Positions 1 to 7,797 of a stretch of DNA of 13,688 bases are shown here, in pieces. Position 1 is the first letter of the stretch, and each line of letters opens with the position of its first letter. The DNA is from a bacterium (GTDB lineage: Bacteria; Sysuimicrobiota; Sysuimicrobiia; Sysuimicrobiales; Humicultoraceae): assembly GCA_041497675.1 (NCBI GenBank), contig JBGQGY010000101.1, positions 1 through 13,688 on the forward strand, read 5' to 3'. The position numbers and the translations under genes were made by a program. The notes beneath the pieces are model-generated. The model ran no database searches. It saw only the letters and a list, made by a program, of their open reading frames with translations, and was not told the origin of the DNA.

Positions 1-333
1 CTGTCCGCCGCACACCGCCTCCGCCGCGCGCTGGGCTCCACCGGCGGCGCGAACCGCCGCAGCGGGCGATTCCACGCTCACCGCGGTATCGGCATCCAGC
101 CAGCCGCCGCCCCCGCGGGCGAGGTTCTCGATCGCGCTGATATATGGTTTCGCGTGGATGGTCTCGAGGAGATCCCGATCGACCTCCGGCGCCTCAATCG
201 GCGTGAGGTGATCGAGGAGACCGGCGGATTCGACCGCACGGTGAACGGCGGTCAGACGCTGCGGGCGCTCAGGGTGCGCCCGGCCTGTCTGATGGCGCTC
301 GCACGCAGGGTGGGTGACAAAGAGCGTGCTCAC
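1..333 (-). CDS. Histone deacetylase family (Zn-dependent deacetylase / acetylpolyamine amidohydrolase-like) protein, N-terminal 111 codons, continues beyond the window edge
   Basis: Not in the ORF track. Manual translation from GTG at 333 (GTGA overlap with the rpe stop): MSTLFVTHPACERHQTGRAHPERPQRLTAV...LLETIHAKPYISAIE...GGGWLDADTAVSVESPAAAVRAAGG. H-x-x-G-x-x-HPERPxRL, H-x-x-x-Y and LDxDT are typical of the HDAC-family N-terminus. Catalytic motifs lie outside the window. Confidence 0.88.
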   Translation of the reverse strand, partial: MSTLFVTHPACERHQTGRAHPERPQRLTAVHRAVESAGLLDHLTPIEAPEVDRDLLETIHAKPYISAIENLARGGGGWLDADTAVSVESPAAAVRAAGGAQRAAEAVCGGQ

Positions 334-986
334 ACCCCGGCGGCGGCGCGGAGCCGTCGGACCGCGGCCTCGATACCCTCCGGAGCGCCGAAGATGGCCG
401 TCGCAGCGATCAACGTATCGGCGCCGGCGGCGGCAGCAGCAGCGGCGGTCGTAGCGGAGATCCCGCCATCGATGCCGATCCAGATCGGCCGACCCGCTGC
501 GAGGGCTCGAACCCGCGCGATCTTGGGCAGCACGGAGGCAATGAACGCCTGCCCCGAGTAGCCAGGATTCACGCTCATGACCATGGCGAAGTCGACTGTC
601 TCAGCCACCCACGCGCACGCCTCAGGCGGTGTGCCCGGGTTGAGGGCGAGACCGGCCTGCGCGCCGAGCGAACGGATATGCGCTAGCACGCGGTGCGGGT
701 GGTCGGTGGTCTCGGGATGGAACGCGATGCTCGTGGCCCCGGCGCGCACAAACGCCTCAACGTGGCGCTCCGGTTGCACGACCATCAGGTGGACGTCGAG
801 TGGAAGCGCGGTCAGGCGGCGCAGCGTTTCGACGATGAGCGGACCGATGGTGATTGGTGGGACGTAGCGGCCGTCCATCACGTCAACGTGCAACAGGTCC
901 GCGCCGCCGCGCTCTACGGCCCGCACCGCGGCTTCCAGATCACCAAAGTCGGCGCTTACGATGCTGGGGGCGATCCGGACGCTCAC
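330..986 (-). CDS. rpe: Ribulose-phosphate 3-epimerase
   Basis: IAPSIVSADF, HVDVMDG, DVHLMV, MSVNPG and IDGGI motifs; GTG start overlaps the kinase stop (GTGA); canonical position downstream of prkC. Confidence 0.97.
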   Translation of the reverse strand: MSVRIAPSIVSADFGDLEAAVRAVERGGADLLHVDVMDGRYVPPITIGPLIVETLRRLTALPLDVHLMVVQPERHVEAFVRAGATSIAFHPETTDHPHRVLAHIRSLGAQAGLALNPGTPPEACAWVAETVDFAMVMSVNPGYSGQAFIASVLPKIARVRALAAGRPIWIGIDGGISATTAAAAAAAGADTLIAATAIFGAPEGIEAAVRRLRAAAGV

Positions 987-2959
987 GGCCGCACCTCCTG
1001 CACAAGACGGTTGTCGACGTACAGCTGGATGATCCCGTAGCCTTGGGTGCGCACTGTCTGGTCGATGTGATCACCCGGCGCGTGCACAGCCTGGTACACG
1101 GTCCGCACACCCGTCTCGTCGATAATCACGATCTTCACCTGTTGCGACTGCGGCCCCTCCGGCACGACGACCTGCAGTCTCGTCCGTCGGACGACACCGC
1201 CGGGCTGCGTCGTCGACGGCCTCGCGGACGGCGGCGGAGACGGACCCGGCCGCGGGGTGACCTCGGCACGAGGCGCAGGTGTCGGCGTCTCTGCCGGCTG
1301 TGGCTCAGCGGTGATGACCGGCGCGCGCGGCGGTGCACCCTCTTCACCCGGCCGAACGGTGACGGTCACAGTGATGACCGCCTGACCCGGGCGGATCTTC
1401 ACCCCCGCCGACGGCGCCTGCTCGACCACGGTGCCGGGATCTTGATCGACGGAGGTCACCGTGCGCATGTGCGCGATGGCGAGCCCCCGCTCTTCGAGCA
1501 TCCGCCGCGCGTCCGGCAGCGGCTTCCCCACCAGGTTGGGCATCTCGGTCTGCACCGGCCCTCGGCTGATCACTAGGGTCACGACCGAGTCGACCGGCAG
1601 GCGGCTCCCGGCCGGGGGGGTCTGCCGGACCACCGACCCGGGCTTGATGACTTCATCGTTCGCCTCCTGCAACGCGGCGCGCAGACGCAGCCCGTCAAGC
1701 GCCAGTTGCGCGGCCTGAACGGTCTGCTGCACCAGGTCGGGCACGGTGGCCATCTGCGGGCCGAGGCTGACGGTGACGCCCACGCGGCGTCCCTGCTTCA
1801 CGCGCTTGCCCGCGGGCTGCTCCTGCGCGATCACCACATCCTGCGGCACGGTAGCGCTGTACGTTCGCTCCCCGATCTCCAGCGACAGACCCGCCTGCCG
1901 CGCGATCTGCTCGGCCTGGATCACGGTGCGGCCGATCAGCTCGGGCATCTCCACCTCGGGTACGTTGAGATAGGCGCTGACGGCCTGCCAGCCGGCCCAC
2001 AACCCGACAGCCACACCAAGGATCAGGACGACGGCGAATCGCAGGAACACGCGGCGCCGGCGCGTTGGTTCCTGTGTCGCCTCGGCCAGTTCGAACGTCC
2101 GCGTCGATCCTTCGTCGTCGAGCGCTTCGGCCCACAGTTCCGTCTCGCCGGCCAGATCGGCCGCCATCTCGCTCGCCAACTGGTATCGATCCTCCGGCCG
2201 TTTGGCCATCGCCTTGAGGATGATGCCTTCGAGTCGGCGCGGCACCGTGGACTCGAGCGCCCTCGGTGAGGGCGGCTGTTCGTGAAGATGCTTGAGCGCG
2301 ATGGCGATCGGGCTGTCGCCTTCGAACGGAAGCCGCCCGGTCAGCATCTCGAAGAGCACGACGCCGAGCGCGTAGATGTCGGACGTCCGGCCGACCGGGG
2401 CGCCGCGCGCCTGTTCGGGCGACAGATACTGCACCGACCCGAAGACCGTGCCGGCTTGCGTAATCGTCACCGAAGCCAGCGCGCGGGCGATGCCGAAGTC
2501 GGTGACCTTGACCGTCCCATCCGCCGCCAACAGGATGTTCTGCGGTTTGATGTCACGATGGACGATCCCCTCACGGTGCGCGTATTCGAGCGCATCGCAC
2601 ACCGCGCGCGAGATACGCTCGGCATCGGCGGCCTCGAGCCGGCCGTTGCGGCGCAGGTGCCACTTGAGATCCAGACCGTCGACGTGCTCCATGGCGATGA
2701 AGTACACGTCGCCGTCCTGCCCCGAGTCCAGAACCGGTACGATGTTGGGATGCACCAGCGTCTGCGCGGCCCGGGCCTCGCGGACGAATCGCTCGATAAA
2801 ATCGCGGTCCGCCACATATTGGTCCCGCAGGACCTTGAGGGCGACGATCTTGTCGTCGTCCGTGCGACGGGCCCGGTAGACCGTCGACATCCCGCCGTCG
2901 GCGATGCGGTTGAGGATCTCGTAGCGGCCGGCGATGAGGGCGCCGGCGCCGACGATCAT
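983..2959 (-). CDS. prkC: PASTA-domain Ser/Thr protein kinase (PrkC/PknB/Stk1 family), 658 aa
   Basis: GRYEI..IADGGMSTVY, VALKVL, HRDIKPQN, DFGIA, GSVQYLSPEQ; one TM helix (FAVVLILGVAVGLWAGW); three PASTA repeats (MPELIG, VPDLVQ, MPNLVG); Pro/Thr-rich linker; beta-rich C-terminal domain. Start moved from 3001 to ATG 2959 because it forms an ATGA overlap with the rlmN stop. Confidence 0.95.
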   Translation of the reverse strand: MIVGAGALIAGRYEILNRIADGGMSTVYRARRTDDDKIVALKVLRDQYVADRDFIERFVREARAAQTLVHPNIVPVLDSGQDGDVYFIAMEHVDGLDLKWHLRRNGRLEAADAERISRAVCDALEYAHREGIVHRDIKPQNILLAADGTVKVTDFGIARALASVTITQAGTVFGSVQYLSPEQARGAPVGRTSDIYALGVVLFEMLTGRLPFEGDSPIAIALKHLHEQPPSPRALESTVPRRLEGIILKAMAKRPEDRYQLASEMAADLAGETELWAEALDDEGSTRTFELAEATQEPTRRRRVFLRFAVVLILGVAVGLWAGWQAVSAYLNVPEVEMPELIGRTVIQAEQIARQAGLSLEIGERTYSATVPQDVVIAQEQPAGKRVKQGRRVGVTVSLGPQMATVPDLVQQTVQAAQLALDGLRLRAALQEANDEVIKPGSVVRQTPPAGSRLPVDSVVTLVISRGPVQTEMPNLVGKPLPDARRMLEERGLAIAHMRTVTSVDQDPGTVVEQAPSAGVKIRPGQAVITVTVTVRPGEEGAPPRAPVITAEPQPAETPTPAPRAEVTPRPGPSPPPSARPSTTQPGGVVRRTRLQVVVPEGPQSQQVKIVIIDETGVRTVYQAVHAPGDHIDQTVRTQGYGIIQLYVDNRLVQEVRP

Positions 2960-3999
2960 GCGGGCACGCCCGCGGCGCGTGTGCGGCGCAGCTGGCCGCA
3001 TGCGGCGTCGATGTCGACGCCACGCTCGATCCGAACGGTGACCGCCACGCCGCCGTCCCGTGCGAGACGCGCGAACCGACGCACGGCGTCACCCGTCGGC
3101 CGCCGGTAGTGCAGGCCAAACACCGGGTTCCACGGAATCACGTTGAGGTGCATGCCGCCTCCGGCGAGCAGGCGCCCCAACAGGCGCGCGTCCTCGTCAC
3201 GATCGTTGACCCCCGCCATGAGCACGTACTCAAACGTCACCCGGCGATGCGTCACCGCAGCGTAGTCGCGCGCGGCGGCCACCAACTCCGCAATCGGCCA
3301 GCGCAGGTTCACGGGCACGAGCTGTGAGCGCAACTCGTCGGTCGGCGCATGCAGCGAGATGGCGAGCGTCAGCTGCAGGCGCTCGTCCGCCAGACGCCTG
3401 ATCTGCGGCACCAGACCGACCGTCGAGATCGTCAGGCTTCGCATGGCGATGCCGAGCCCGTAGGGCGCGTTCATCAGCTCGACGCCCCGCAGGGTCGCCG
3501 CAAAGTTGGCGAGCGGCTCGCCCATCCCCATGAAGACGACGTGCGTGACGCGGTCGCCGGTCTGCTCGCCCGCCAGCATGACCTGATCAACGATCTCACC
3601 CGGCGTCAGGTTGCGCGTGAGTCCCGCCAGACCGGTGGCGCAGAACGTGCACCCCATGCCACAACCGACCTGCGTCGAGATGCACACGGTGCGTCGCCCG
3701 TCGTCGTACCGCATGAGCACGGTCTCGATGGTGTTGCCGTCGGCCAGACCCAGCAAGAACTTCGTCGTGTACCCATCGCCCGCATCCTGCCGGCCGATCA
3801 CGCGAAGCTTGGACAGCGTCACGGCCTCATCGAGGCGCGCGCGCAGCGGCTCCGGCAGATCGGTCATGACCTGGGATGTCCCGGCCCGACGCTTGTACAC
3901 CCAACGCGCCAGTTGACGGCCGCGGTACCGCGGCTCGCCCAACTCGATGGCCACCTGTTCCAGTTCTTCGAGCGTCAGCCCAATCAACTCGGTCGGCAT
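2956..3999 (-). CDS. rlmN: Radical SAM 23S rRNA m2A2503 / tRNA methyltransferase RlmN
   Basis: CISTQVGCGMGCTFC (CxxxCxxC), MGMGEPLAN, SLHAP, EYVL, DIDAACGQL; follows rsmB as in Bacillus. Confidence 0.96.
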   Translation of the reverse strand: MPTELIGLTLEELEQVAIELGEPRYRGRQLARWVYKRRAGTSQVMTDLPEPLRARLDEAVTLSKLRVIGRQDAGDGYTTKFLLGLADGNTIETVLMRYDDGRRTVCISTQVGCGMGCTFCATGLAGLTRNLTPGEIVDQVMLAGEQTGDRVTHVVFMGMGEPLANFAATLRGVELMNAPYGLGIAMRSLTISTVGLVPQIRRLADERLQLTLAISLHAPTDELRSQLVPVNLRWPIAELVAAARDYAAVTHRRVTFEYVLMAGVNDRDEDARLLGRLLAGGGMHLNVIPWNPVFGLHYRRPTGDAVRRFARLARDGGVAVTVRIERGVDIDAACGQLRRTRAAGVPA

Positions 4000-4009
4000 G
4001 AGTACTCGC

Positions 4010-4080
4010 AGGCCGCCGCACAGGGCGGCCTCCTGATCATAGCATCCGGATTCTACAACCGCTCGTGGCCGCGGTGTCAG
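4010..4080 (-). promoter_or_regulatory. Candidate internal promoter and structured leader for rlmN
   Basis: Minus strand: CTGACA (4080-4075), 19 nt, TAGAAT (4055-4050); a second extended -10 TG-C-TATGAT (4044-4036); AGGAGG (4034-4029); 8-bp hairpin 4010-4017/4024-4031. Confidence 0.45.
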
Positions 4081-5450
4081 CCTCGTCGAAGCACGGCGAC
4101 ATAGAACCCATCGGTATCGTGCCGGTGGGGCCAGAGGAAGACCTCGCCCCGTTCAGGACCGTCAACCACTCGGCCGCCGACGGTCCTGGGAAAGGCGTCG
4201 GGGAACGGCGCCAACGCGAAATCGCGGTGGCGTCCAAGAAACTCCCTTGTCACCTCCGGCCCCTCCTCTGCCTCCAAGCTGCAGACGCTGTAGACGAGAA
4301 CCCCGCCGGGCTTGACCGCGCCGCAGGCGCCATCGAGGATCGCGCGCTGCAGCCCCGCGTGGCGCGGCAGATCCGCCTCGGCGGCCCGCCACTTGATCTC
4401 GGGCCGGCGCCGCACGGTGCCCAGACCGGAGCACGGCGCGTCAACCAGGACGGCGTCGGCCAGACCCGGCCAACGGCTCCCGATCGCGTGGGCGTTGAGA
4501 TCATAGGCTTCAACACACCCGGCGCCCACCAACGCGCACCGCGCGGCCAGCGCCTGCAGCTTCTTGGGGTGCACGTCGCACGCCAGGATGCGGCCTTGAT
4601 CCGCCATCAGCGCCGCCATGTGGGTGGTCTTCCCGCCAGGCGCCGCGCAGGCGTCGATGACCGTCTGCCCCGGCGCAGGCCCCACGGCGAGAGACACGAG
4701 CATCGCGCCCTCGTCCTGGATGATCGCGAGGCCGCGATCGACCAGCGGCAACCGATCGCTCACAGGCCCCCCCACCCTGACGGCGTCGGGCACGAGTCCC
4801 GGCGATGCCGGGATCCCGCGCTCGCGAAGCGTCTCCAACAGGGCCGTGGCCGTCGTACGCAGGGTGTTGGCGCGGATGGCCGATGGCGCCGGCTGCAGCT
4901 GCGAGGCGGCCAGCGCCGCCGCCTCCTCGACGCCCCATCGCGAGATCCAGCGCGCGATCAGCCACCGGGGATGTGAATACACCACCGCGAAGTGGCCGAC
5001 CGGGTCCGCCGTGGCATCAGGCGGCGCGGGCGGCCCCTCACCGGCCAGCCGCCTGAGAACCGCGTTCACCAGACGCGCGGTTCCGGCGTGCCCATGCCGC
5101 GTCGCCAGGGTCACCGCTTCGGAGACCGCCACCGGCTTCGGCATGCGATCGAGATCGAGCAGTTGATACGCGCCCATGCGCAAGACGGTGCGGATGGCCG
5201 CCGGAAGGCTCTCCAACGGCCGGCGCAGCAGCGGCGCCAGCGCGTAGTCGATGCGCTCCCGGTGGCGCAGGACGCCGAGCACAAGCGCCGTGGCGAGACC
5301 CCGGTCGGCCGGGGACAGCCGTTCGCGTTCGAGCGTGTGAAACAGCAGGATGCTGACAAATGCGTCGGCCGCTTCCGCCCGGTGCAAAACGGCGAAAGCG
5401 GCCTCGCGGGCTGACGTCGGGACGGCGCGCGCCGCCCTAGTCGTTGTCAC
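4077..5450 (-). CDS. rsmB: 16S rRNA m5C967 methyltransferase RsmB (Sun/Fmu) with NusB-like N-terminal domain
   Basis: LVNAVLR, YSHPRWL, IQDEGA, DACAAPGGKT, DAPCSGLG, YSVCS, DGFY; GTG start overlaps the upstream gene by 14 nt. Confidence 0.96.
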   Translation of the reverse strand: MTTTRAARAVPTSAREAAFAVLHRAEAADAFVSILLFHTLERERLSPADRGLATALVLGVLRHRERIDYALAPLLRRPLESLPAAIRTVLRMGAYQLLDLDRMPKPVAVSEAVTLATRHGHAGTARLVNAVLRRLAGEGPPAPPDATADPVGHFAVVYSHPRWLIARWISRWGVEEAAALAASQLQPAPSAIRANTLRTTATALLETLRERGIPASPGLVPDAVRVGGPVSDRLPLVDRGLAIIQDEGAMLVSLAVGPAPGQTVIDACAAPGGKTTHMAALMADQGRILACDVHPKKLQALAARCALVGAGCVEAYDLNAHAIGSRWPGLADAVLVDAPCSGLGTVRRRPEIKWRAAEADLPRHAGLQRAILDGACGAVKPGGVLVYSVCSLEAEEGPEVTREFLGRHRDFALAPFPDAFPRTVGGRVVDGPERGEVFLWPHRHDTDGFYVAVLRRG

Positions 5451-6132
5451 GCATATTGCGAATCAACAGCAGGCGTGCCAGGTGGAGCACCGCCATCGCG
5501 GCGGCGGCGACGTATGTCAATGCTGCAGCGTTCAACACCGTCTTGACGCCCTCGGCTTCGCTGGGCATGACCAGCCCCTCGCCCTGCAGCACCGCGACGG
5601 CGCGACGGCTCGCGTCGAACTCCACCGGCAGCGTCACCAGCGCGAAGACGACGTAGCCGAGGAACAGCAGGATGCCCAAGTCCATCAGGATGCCTCGTTG
5701 GGTCAGCATCCCGATGAAGAACAGGATCCACGAGGCGCTGGTACCGATATTCGCGACCGGCACGATCGCCGACCGGAGGGCGAGCGGCGCGTAGCGCTCT
5801 TTGTCCTGGAGGGCATGCCCGCACTCGTGCGCCGCCACGCCGACCGCGGACACCGAGTTACTCGCGTACACGGCGGACGACAGACGCAGCGTCTTGCTGC
5901 GGGGGTCGTAATGGTCGGACAGCATGCCGTCCACCTGCTCGATCTTCACGTCGGGGATCCCGCGCCGCCGCAGGATCTCGGCCGCGATCGCGGCCCCCGT
6001 GCGGCCGCCGGCGGTGGCCACCTGGCTGAACTTCTTGAACGCGCTGCTCACCTTCCACTGCGCGTAGCCCGCCAGCAGCAGCGCCGGGAGCAGCAAGATG
6101 ATCGTGGGATCCAGTCCAAAATAAGGAAACAT
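5437..6132 (-). CDS. Membrane-bound neutral zinc metallopeptidase, YugP-like
   Basis: LSDHYDP, AAHECGHALQ (HExxH), TLPVEFDASRRA, LNAAALTYVAA; several hydrophobic segments; SD GGAGGAGG at 6147-6140. Confidence 0.92.
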   Translation of the reverse strand: MFPYFGLDPTIILLLPALLLAGYAQWKVSSAFKKFSQVATAGGRTGAAIAAEILRRRGIPDVKIEQVDGMLSDHYDPRSKTLRLSSAVYASNSVSAVGVAAHECGHALQDKERYAPLALRSAIVPVANIGTSASWILFFIGMLTQRGILMDLGILLFLGYVVFALVTLPVEFDASRRAVAVLQGEGLVMPSEAEGVKTVLNAAALTYVAAAAMAVLHLARLLLIRNMRDND

Positions 6133-6139
6133 CGTCGTC

Positions 6140-6168
6140 CCTCCTCCACTATCCTGACTATTTTACCA
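6140..6168 (-). promoter_or_regulatory. Extended -10 promoter (TG-G-TAAAAT, 6168-6160) and SD for the metallopeptidase gene
   Basis: AT-rich patch in the 46-nt fmt/peptidase gap matching TGnTAnnnT, followed by GGAGGAGG; no good -35. Confidence 0.6.
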
Positions 6169-6178
6169 CTCCTTCGGG

Positions 6179-7141
6179 CTAGGCCACAGCCGCCGGGGCT
6201 CCAAGCCGTTCGCCATCCCGCACCGCATGCCCGCGCAAGAACTCACCGACCGTCATCCGCCGGCCGCCTTCGGGCTGCACCTCGAGCAGATCGACGGCAC
6301 CACTGCCGGCGGCGACGGTGATGCCCGCTGGGCGAACGACTAGCACCTGTCCGGGGACGCCCGACCCTTGGCCGGCGCGCGCGCGCCACACCTTCAACAG
6401 CGTGCCGCGCCAGATGGTATACGCGGAGGGCCAGGGATGCATCGCCCGTACAATGTTGACGATCTCGCGGGCCGGACGGTTCCAATCGATCTGACCATCT
6501 TCTTTCGTGAGACGCCCAACGTACGTGGCGCGGGCGTGATCCTGGGGCCGCCTGGGCGCGGCACCGCGCGCGATCAGCTCGATCGCCTCACGCAACAGCG
6601 CCGCGCCTTCGTCGGCCAGCCGCGTCTCAAGATCACCCGCTGTCTCCTCTGCGCCGATCGACACCTCACGCTGCAAGATCAAGTCACCGGCGTCGAGGTC
6701 TTCGGTCATATACAGGATCGTGACGCCCGTGGTCGTCACGCCGTCGGCGACGGCGCGCTGGATCGGGGAGGCGCCGCGATACAACGGGAGCAGCGATGGG
6801 TGGACGTTGATGCAGCCGAGCCGGGGCAACGCGATCACCGGTGGCGGGATGATCCGTCCGTAGGCCACGGTCACTAACAGATCGGGATGATACGCTGCCA
6901 GCGCCGCCACCACGTTTTGATCCTTGAGCGTGCGTGGTTGCACCACGGGCACGCCCAGACCCCTGGCCGCTTCCGCCACCGGCGGCGTGGTCAGTTTCTT
7001 GCCGCGTCCGGCGGGTTTGTCCGGCTGCGTGACCACGGCCACCAGCGTCGTCGCGTCCGCGACGACGCGCAGGGATGGGAGCGCAAAGTCCGGGGTGCCC
7101 AGAAAGATCACCCGGAGCGCCCTGGTCTCAGGATGGATCAT
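6179..7141 (-). CDS. fmt: Methionyl-tRNA formyltransferase
   Basis: IFLGTPDFA, VVTQPDKPAGRG, VAYGRII, NVHPSLLPLYRGASPIQ, LDAGD, PWP; ATGA overlap with the def stop. Confidence 0.97.
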   Translation of the reverse strand: MIHPETRALRVIFLGTPDFALPSLRVVADATTLVAVVTQPDKPAGRGKKLTTPPVAEAARGLGVPVVQPRTLKDQNVVAALAAYHPDLLVTVAYGRIIPPPVIALPRLGCINVHPSLLPLYRGASPIQRAVADGVTTTGVTILYMTEDLDAGDLILQREVSIGAEETAGDLETRLADEGAALLREAIELIARGAAPRRPQDHARATYVGRLTKEDGQIDWNRPAREIVNIVRAMHPWPSAYTIWRGTLLKVWRARAGQGSGVPGQVLVVRPAGITVAAGSGAVDLLEVQPEGGRRMTVGEFLRGHAVRDGERLGAPAAVA

Positions 7142-7650
7142 TTGGCAGCAGGCGCGTCGTCGTCAGAGGAGGTGATGTAGCGGATCGTGTTGGGATCACT
7201 GACGCGGTCGAGGAAGAGAATCCCGTCGAGATGATCCAGTTCGTGCTGGAGCACTCGCCCCAGCAGTTTGTGGGCCACGATCGTCACCTTGCGGCCCCGC
7301 CGATTCTTGCCGCGGATCGTCACGACGGCCGACCTCGGGACATCGGCCACGACGCCGGGAATCGACAGACACGCTTCGGTCGCGATCTCCTTGCCCTCGG
7401 CGCGAACTAGTTCGGGGTCGACCAGCACGACCGTCCGGTCCTCGACCTTCGCCACCAGCATGCGCAGACTCTCGCCGACCTGCGGCGCCGCCAGACCCAG
7501 GCCGTTGGCGGCCTGGAGGGTCGTCAACATGTCCTCAATGAGACGCTGGATCTCTGCCGTGACCTTGCCCACAGGCCTCGCGCGGCGGCGCAACACACCG
7601 GCCTTGGGGCTGCTCACCGTAACGATATCGAGGGTTGCGGTCGCGGGCAT
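7138..7650 (-). CDS. def: Peptide deformylase, 170 aa
   Basis: GLGLAAPQVG, EACLS (variant of EGCLS), QHELDHLDG. Start placed at ATG 7650, preceded by GAGG, rather than 7680. Confidence 0.95.
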   Translation of the reverse strand: MPATATLDIVTVSSPKAGVLRRRARPVGKVTAEIQRLIEDMLTTLQAANGLGLAAPQVGESLRMLVAKVEDRTVVLVDPELVRAEGKEIATEACLSIPGVVADVPRSAVVTIRGKNRRGRKVTIVAHKLLGRVLQHELDHLDGILFLDRVSDPNTIRYITSSDDDAPAAK

Positions 7651-7660
7651 CTCGTTCCTC

Positions 7661-7690
7661 ACGATACCATGCGGGAGCACGACGCTTCAA
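7661..7690 (-). promoter_or_regulatory. Candidate sigma70 promoter for def-fmt
   Basis: TTGAAG (7690-7685), 18 nt, TATCGT (7666-7661) with TG at the extended -10 position; 10 nt to ATG. Confidence 0.5.
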
Positions 7691-7797
7691 CGCGCTATGA
7701 TTCGATCCCGGGCCACAACACTGCCGGGGACGTCGAGCGGATCATCGACCCCGTGGGCCGCGTGCTGTCCACCGAGCGCGGCGATCGAGGCGCGCGT

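Noticed and set aside
423..450. GCN triplet run encoding poly-Ala in rpe
   Set aside because: Imperfect coding repeat in an Ala-rich helix; not a contingency locus.
1195..1370. Low-complexity Pro/Thr/Ala region and short repeats in prkC
   Set aside because: Ordinary extracellular linker between the PASTA repeats and the C-terminal domain.
2956..3999. Possibility that the radical SAM gene is cfr
   Set aside because: STQVGC-type motif and housekeeping position after rsmB fit RlmN.
7725..7753. Imperfect hairpin in the priA-def intergenic region
   Set aside because: Short, bulged, no U tract; expected by chance at this GC content.
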